A DNA stretch of 48,107 bases, from NCBI GenBank assembly GCA_035701115.1, contig DASSOA010000092.1, forward strand, positions 1-48,107, written 5' to 3'. This DNA comes from Gammaproteobacteria bacterium (GTDB taxonomy: Bacteria > Pseudomonadota > Gammaproteobacteria > Natronospirales > REEB76). The stretch's first letter is position 1. Every line of letters begins with the position of its first letter. The translations under genes were made by a program, and so were the position numbers. This document shows, one piece after another, positions 45,533 to 48,107 of the stretch. The notes below the pieces were generated by a model. It saw only the letters and a list, made by a program, of their open reading frames with translations, searched no databases and was not told where the DNA came from.

Positions 45533-46441
45533 TCAGAAACGCGGCCTGGAAGCGCTGGCCAACAACCGTTGCATTACCATCAATGCCTGGTTTTCGTATG
45601 CGCCACCAAACAGATTCAGATGATTCAGCAGGTGATACAGATTGTAGAAATCGCGGCGTATCTCGTAACCCGGATCGAGCGGCCATGCATCGTTGTACGC
45701 TGCGTAGAACTCCGGGGGAAACCCGCCGAACAATTCGGTCATTGCGATATCGGCTTCGCGGTCGCCGTAATAGACGGCCGGATCAAAAACCACCGGTTCG
45801 CCGTTTTTGAGCACACCCCAGTTGCCACCCCACAGATCACCGTGCAATAACGACGGTGCCGGCGAGTGCCCGGAAAAGAGTACCGGCACTTGCGCCATGA
45901 GCCGGGCGCCCAGCAACTGCAACTCGCCGCGGTAGCCGTTTTCCGCCGCCAGACGCAACTGAAACCCCAGTCTGTGATCGCGAAAGAAGGTCAGCCAGCC
46001 ATCACAGCACGTGTTGAATTGGGGTGTTGAACCGATGAAATTGTGACGCGCCCAGCCGAAGTGATCGGCGGAGCACCGGTGTTGTCGGGCGAGCGCCGCG
46101 CCGAGACGGCGCGCGGCGGTGGCCGGATCGGCTGCCCGGTCAAAATCAAGCCACTCCATGATCAGATAGCCGCTGTCCTCACACTTCCCTGCAGCAAGCA
46201 CCTGCGGCACGCGCACGGCGTGGCAGGACGCGAGCGCGGCCAGACCGTCCGCTTCCGCGCTCAGCATGTCGGGATTGTCCGCGGTGCTTTTCACGAACCA
46301 GGATGTCCGCCCGCTGCGCGCGCGCCAGCATGTTCCTCCGACTCCATTGCCGAGTCGGCTCCACGCCACGGCCTCACCGTCACCTGCGCGTTCGGTGATC
46401 GCCCGTTCCAGAACAGTTTTCAGTGCAGAATCCGGTGACAT
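45533..46441 (-). CDS. Fructosamine/ketosamine-3-kinase family protein
   Basis: 302 aa with the catalytic loop SLLHGDLWGGNW and GDREADIAM, typical of the fructosamine kinase (YniA-like) family. Confidence 0.85.
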   Translation of the reverse strand: MSPDSALKTVLERAITERAGDGEAVAWSRLGNGVGGTCWRARSGRTSWFVKSTADNPDMLSAEADGLAALASCHAVRVPQVLAAGKCEDSGYLIMEWLDFDRAADPATAARRLGAALARQHRCSADHFGWARHNFIGSTPQFNTCCDGWLTFFRDHRLGFQLRLAAENGYRGELQLLGARLMAQVPVLFSGHSPAPSLLHGDLWGGNWGVLKNGEPVVFDPAVYYGDREADIAMTELFGGFPPEFYAAYNDAWPLDPGYEIRRDFYNLYHLLNHLNLFGGAYENQALMVMQRLLASASRPRF

Positions 46442-46552
46442 GAACGGTTTAACCGCGCCGGCGCCTCTTCACAGCATTTATTAATCGGTTTACTGTAACG
46501 CTATCTTGGAGATGTACGCAGCGCACCCCACCCGCAACTGGAGGATTCACAC

Positions 46553-47377
46553 ATGCTGAGCAGGATCAAGGCATCGGTTCCGGCAATGTTGCTCGCCGGT
46601 TCTGGATTGATCGCAGGCCCTGTTACGGTACAGGCGGCAACCCCCGGCGCTGGCGTTCATATTTCTTTTGTGGACGTCCAGGGCAATCGCGCCTCGCAAC
46701 TCTATGTGCTCGGTGACAAGGTGCGCCTGGAATCCGGTGCCTCGCAGGACGGCGGCGCCATCTACGATGCCGCCACGCATACCATGACCATCCTGATGCC
46801 GGACAGGCAGGCGTACATGGTATTGAATCAGCAAAGCGCGGCGGAAATGGGCGCGCAAATGGCGGATGCGGAAAAGCAGATCGAAGCACGCCTGGCGAAT
46901 CTGCCGCCCGAGCAGCGGGAGATGATGAAGAAGATGATGGCACAACACGGTGTTGCAGGCGGCGGCCACACTGAGATGACAATCAAGGATCTCGGTACGT
47001 CCGAAACGGTGGCAGGACATCACTGCAAGGACGTACAGATCGTCACCAACAATACGCCGGGTCTCAAGATGTGTGTTGCCTCCATGAGCTCACTCGGCAT
47101 TCCATCCAATGACGTGGCGACTCTCGAGGCCATGCGCACCGACATGATGCATCTGATGTCCAGCATGGGACCGATGGCCCAGACATATTCGACGCTGGAA
47201 AGCGTGCAGGGCTTTGCCATCAAACGCGATGTGCCTCGCCGTGACGGTTTCGCACTAGTGACCAGCACTGAAATGCTCAAATCAATCAGCAAAGGCAATC
47301 CCGCCTCGAGTCTGTTCGAAATTCCGGCGGGCTACCGCAAAACCAGCCTGCGTGAAATGATGAAAGGCGCACACTGA
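46553..47377 (+). CDS. Secreted protein, DUF4412-like
   Basis: 274 aa with a signal peptide ...AGPVTVQA and a GGAGGA Shine-Dalgarno. It is Met-rich (MMKKMMAQHG, MRTDMMHLMSSMGPM). The overall layout (YVLGDKVRLE..., ETVAGHHCKDVQIV) is reminiscent of DUF4412; the family call is tentative. Confidence 0.65.
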   Translation: MLSRIKASVPAMLLAGSGLIAGPVTVQAATPGAGVHISFVDVQGNRASQLYVLGDKVRLESGASQDGGAIYDAATHTMTILMPDRQAYMVLNQQSAAEMGAQMADAEKQIEARLANLPPEQREMMKKMMAQHGVAGGGHTEMTIKDLGTSETVAGHHCKDVQIVTNNTPGLKMCVASMSSLGIPSNDVATLEAMRTDMMHLMSSMGPMAQTYSTLESVQGFAIKRDVPRRDGFALVTSTEMLKSISKGNPASSLFEIPAGYRKTSLREMMKGAH

Positions 47378-47415
47378 ATGCCAGCAACCGGTACGCATCA
47401 GTGATCCAAAAACAT

Positions 47416-47438
47416 AAAACCCCGCATTGCGGGGTTTT
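47416..47438. terminator. Bidirectional rho-independent terminator between the DUF4412-like and HNH genes
   Basis: AAAACCCCGC (47416-25), loop ATT, GCGGGGTTTT (47429-38). The GC stem is flanked by A- and T-runs on both sides and lies between convergent stops at 47377 and 47460. Confidence 0.8.
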
Positions 47439-47459
47439 ATATATCGCCGGGAATGGGCT

Positions 47460-48092
47460 TCACAGCAGCTTTTGCTGAATTCGTTTATGCAACGGACTGC
47501 TGCGCGGGAAATGCGCCAGCAGGAATTCCATCTGGTCCGCAAGAATGCGGCGCCCCTTCAGGAAAATGTATTCCGCGTGATTGGGCGTGAACGGCACCGC
47601 CAGCAACTGCATGCCGGCTCCTTCCGGCGTGCGCCCTGCCTTGTGATTGTTGCAGCGCTTGCACGCTGCCACCACGTTCATCCAGGTGTCGGCACCGCCG
47701 TGACTCAGCGGCGTGATGTGATCGCGCGACAATTCCGAACTCGGGAAATGCTGGCCGCAATACATGCACAAATGCCCGTCACGTTTGAACAGCGTGTGAT
47801 TGTTCAGTGGCGGGACGTAATGATCGCGGGCCTTTGCCAGCGCGTGATTGTTGCCGTACGTCGCAATGATGGAATTGACGTCAATGATGCTGCGCTGCCC
47901 GGTCCTGGCGCAGATGCCGCCATGCACGCTGTAAAGCAGTGTGCCGCAACCGTACGCCACCTGCTCGAGGTGGTACAGCCGTACCGCATCCTGGTAGTCG
48001 ATCCACTCCAGCGGCATGCCGGCCGCGTCGGTGCGAAGGACTTCCTGCGACAGATCGTACACGGAAAGCTCCAGACGCCTTGAAACTGGCAT
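47460..48092 (-). CDS. HNH endonuclease with an uncharacterised ~100-aa N-terminal domain
   Basis: 210 aa. CMYCG...DHITPLSHGGADTWMNVVAACKRCNNHK forms a CxxC / H-N-H / CxxC zinc-finger nuclease motif. Only 15 nt of upstream sequence remain in the window. Confidence 0.85.
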   Translation of the reverse strand: MPVSRRLELSVYDLSQEVLRTDAAGMPLEWIDYQDAVRLYHLEQVAYGCGTLLYSVHGGICARTGQRSIIDVNSIIATYGNNHALAKARDHYVPPLNNHTLFKRDGHLCMYCGQHFPSSELSRDHITPLSHGGADTWMNVVAACKRCNNHKAGRTPEGAGMQLLAVPFTPNHAEYIFLKGRRILADQMEFLLAHFPRSSPLHKRIQQKLL

Positions 48093-48107
48093 TGTTATTG
48101 CAGAAAT

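Noticed and set aside
1-48107. A scan for tRNA/rRNA genes, CRISPR repeats, IS elements, integrases, prophage or toxin-antitoxin pairs.
   Set aside because: No intergenic gap exceeds about 220 bp. None of the gaps shows cloverleaf-like or repeat-spacer structure. No ORF resembles a transposase, integrase, phage or TA protein.

Overview
This is a 48.1-kb GC-rich segment that reads as densely packed core chromosome of a Gammaproteobacterium. The taxon is inferred from gene content and from the ponA<>pilMNOPQ-aroK-aroB synteny, and I cannot place it more precisely. I support 45 protein-coding genes.

Gene order: gltA (5' truncated), a ponA-coupled unknown, PBP1A, and pilMNOPQ. An Ig-like lipoprotein follows, then aroK, aroB, a dGTPase-like gene, pyrF, hemE and fadD. 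Next are an SDR, an OsmC protein, an orphan membrane protein, a GATase, a NUDIX hydrolase, and tesA<>ybbA-ybbP. Then a V4R-PAS-GGDEF-EAL protein, phrB, a 2-hydroxyacid dehydrogenase, paiB, and ogt with an AdaA-AlkA fusion. A minus-strand cluster follows (PrcB-like, SIMPL, deoxyhypusine-synthase-like, a 68-aa protein, YncE-like propeller), divergent from an AdiC/PotE-type antiporter. The window ends with a methyltransferase, a GFA protein, ltaE, a Skp-like protein, a small His-rich 4-TM protein, a secreted tricorn-like protease, YoaK-like, fructosamine kinase, DUF4412-like and an HNH endonuclease.

I also call four clear rho-independent terminators and a few sigma70-like promoter candidates. 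I recognise no rRNA, tRNA, CRISPR array, IS/transposase, integrase, phage or toxin-antitoxin genes. The largest intergenic gaps are only about 150-220 bp, so there is no room for a large unannotated element.

I do not see a clear-cut novel multi-gene system. The best leads are:
1. The Ig-like, calcium-loop lipoprotein wedged between pilQ and aroK.
2. A DmpR/XylR-type effector-sensing domain fused to a c-di-GMP turnover module.
3. The deoxyhypusine-synthase-like envelope cluster facing a basic-amino-acid/polyamine antiporter.

All family assignments come from reading the translations by eye. No database search was run.
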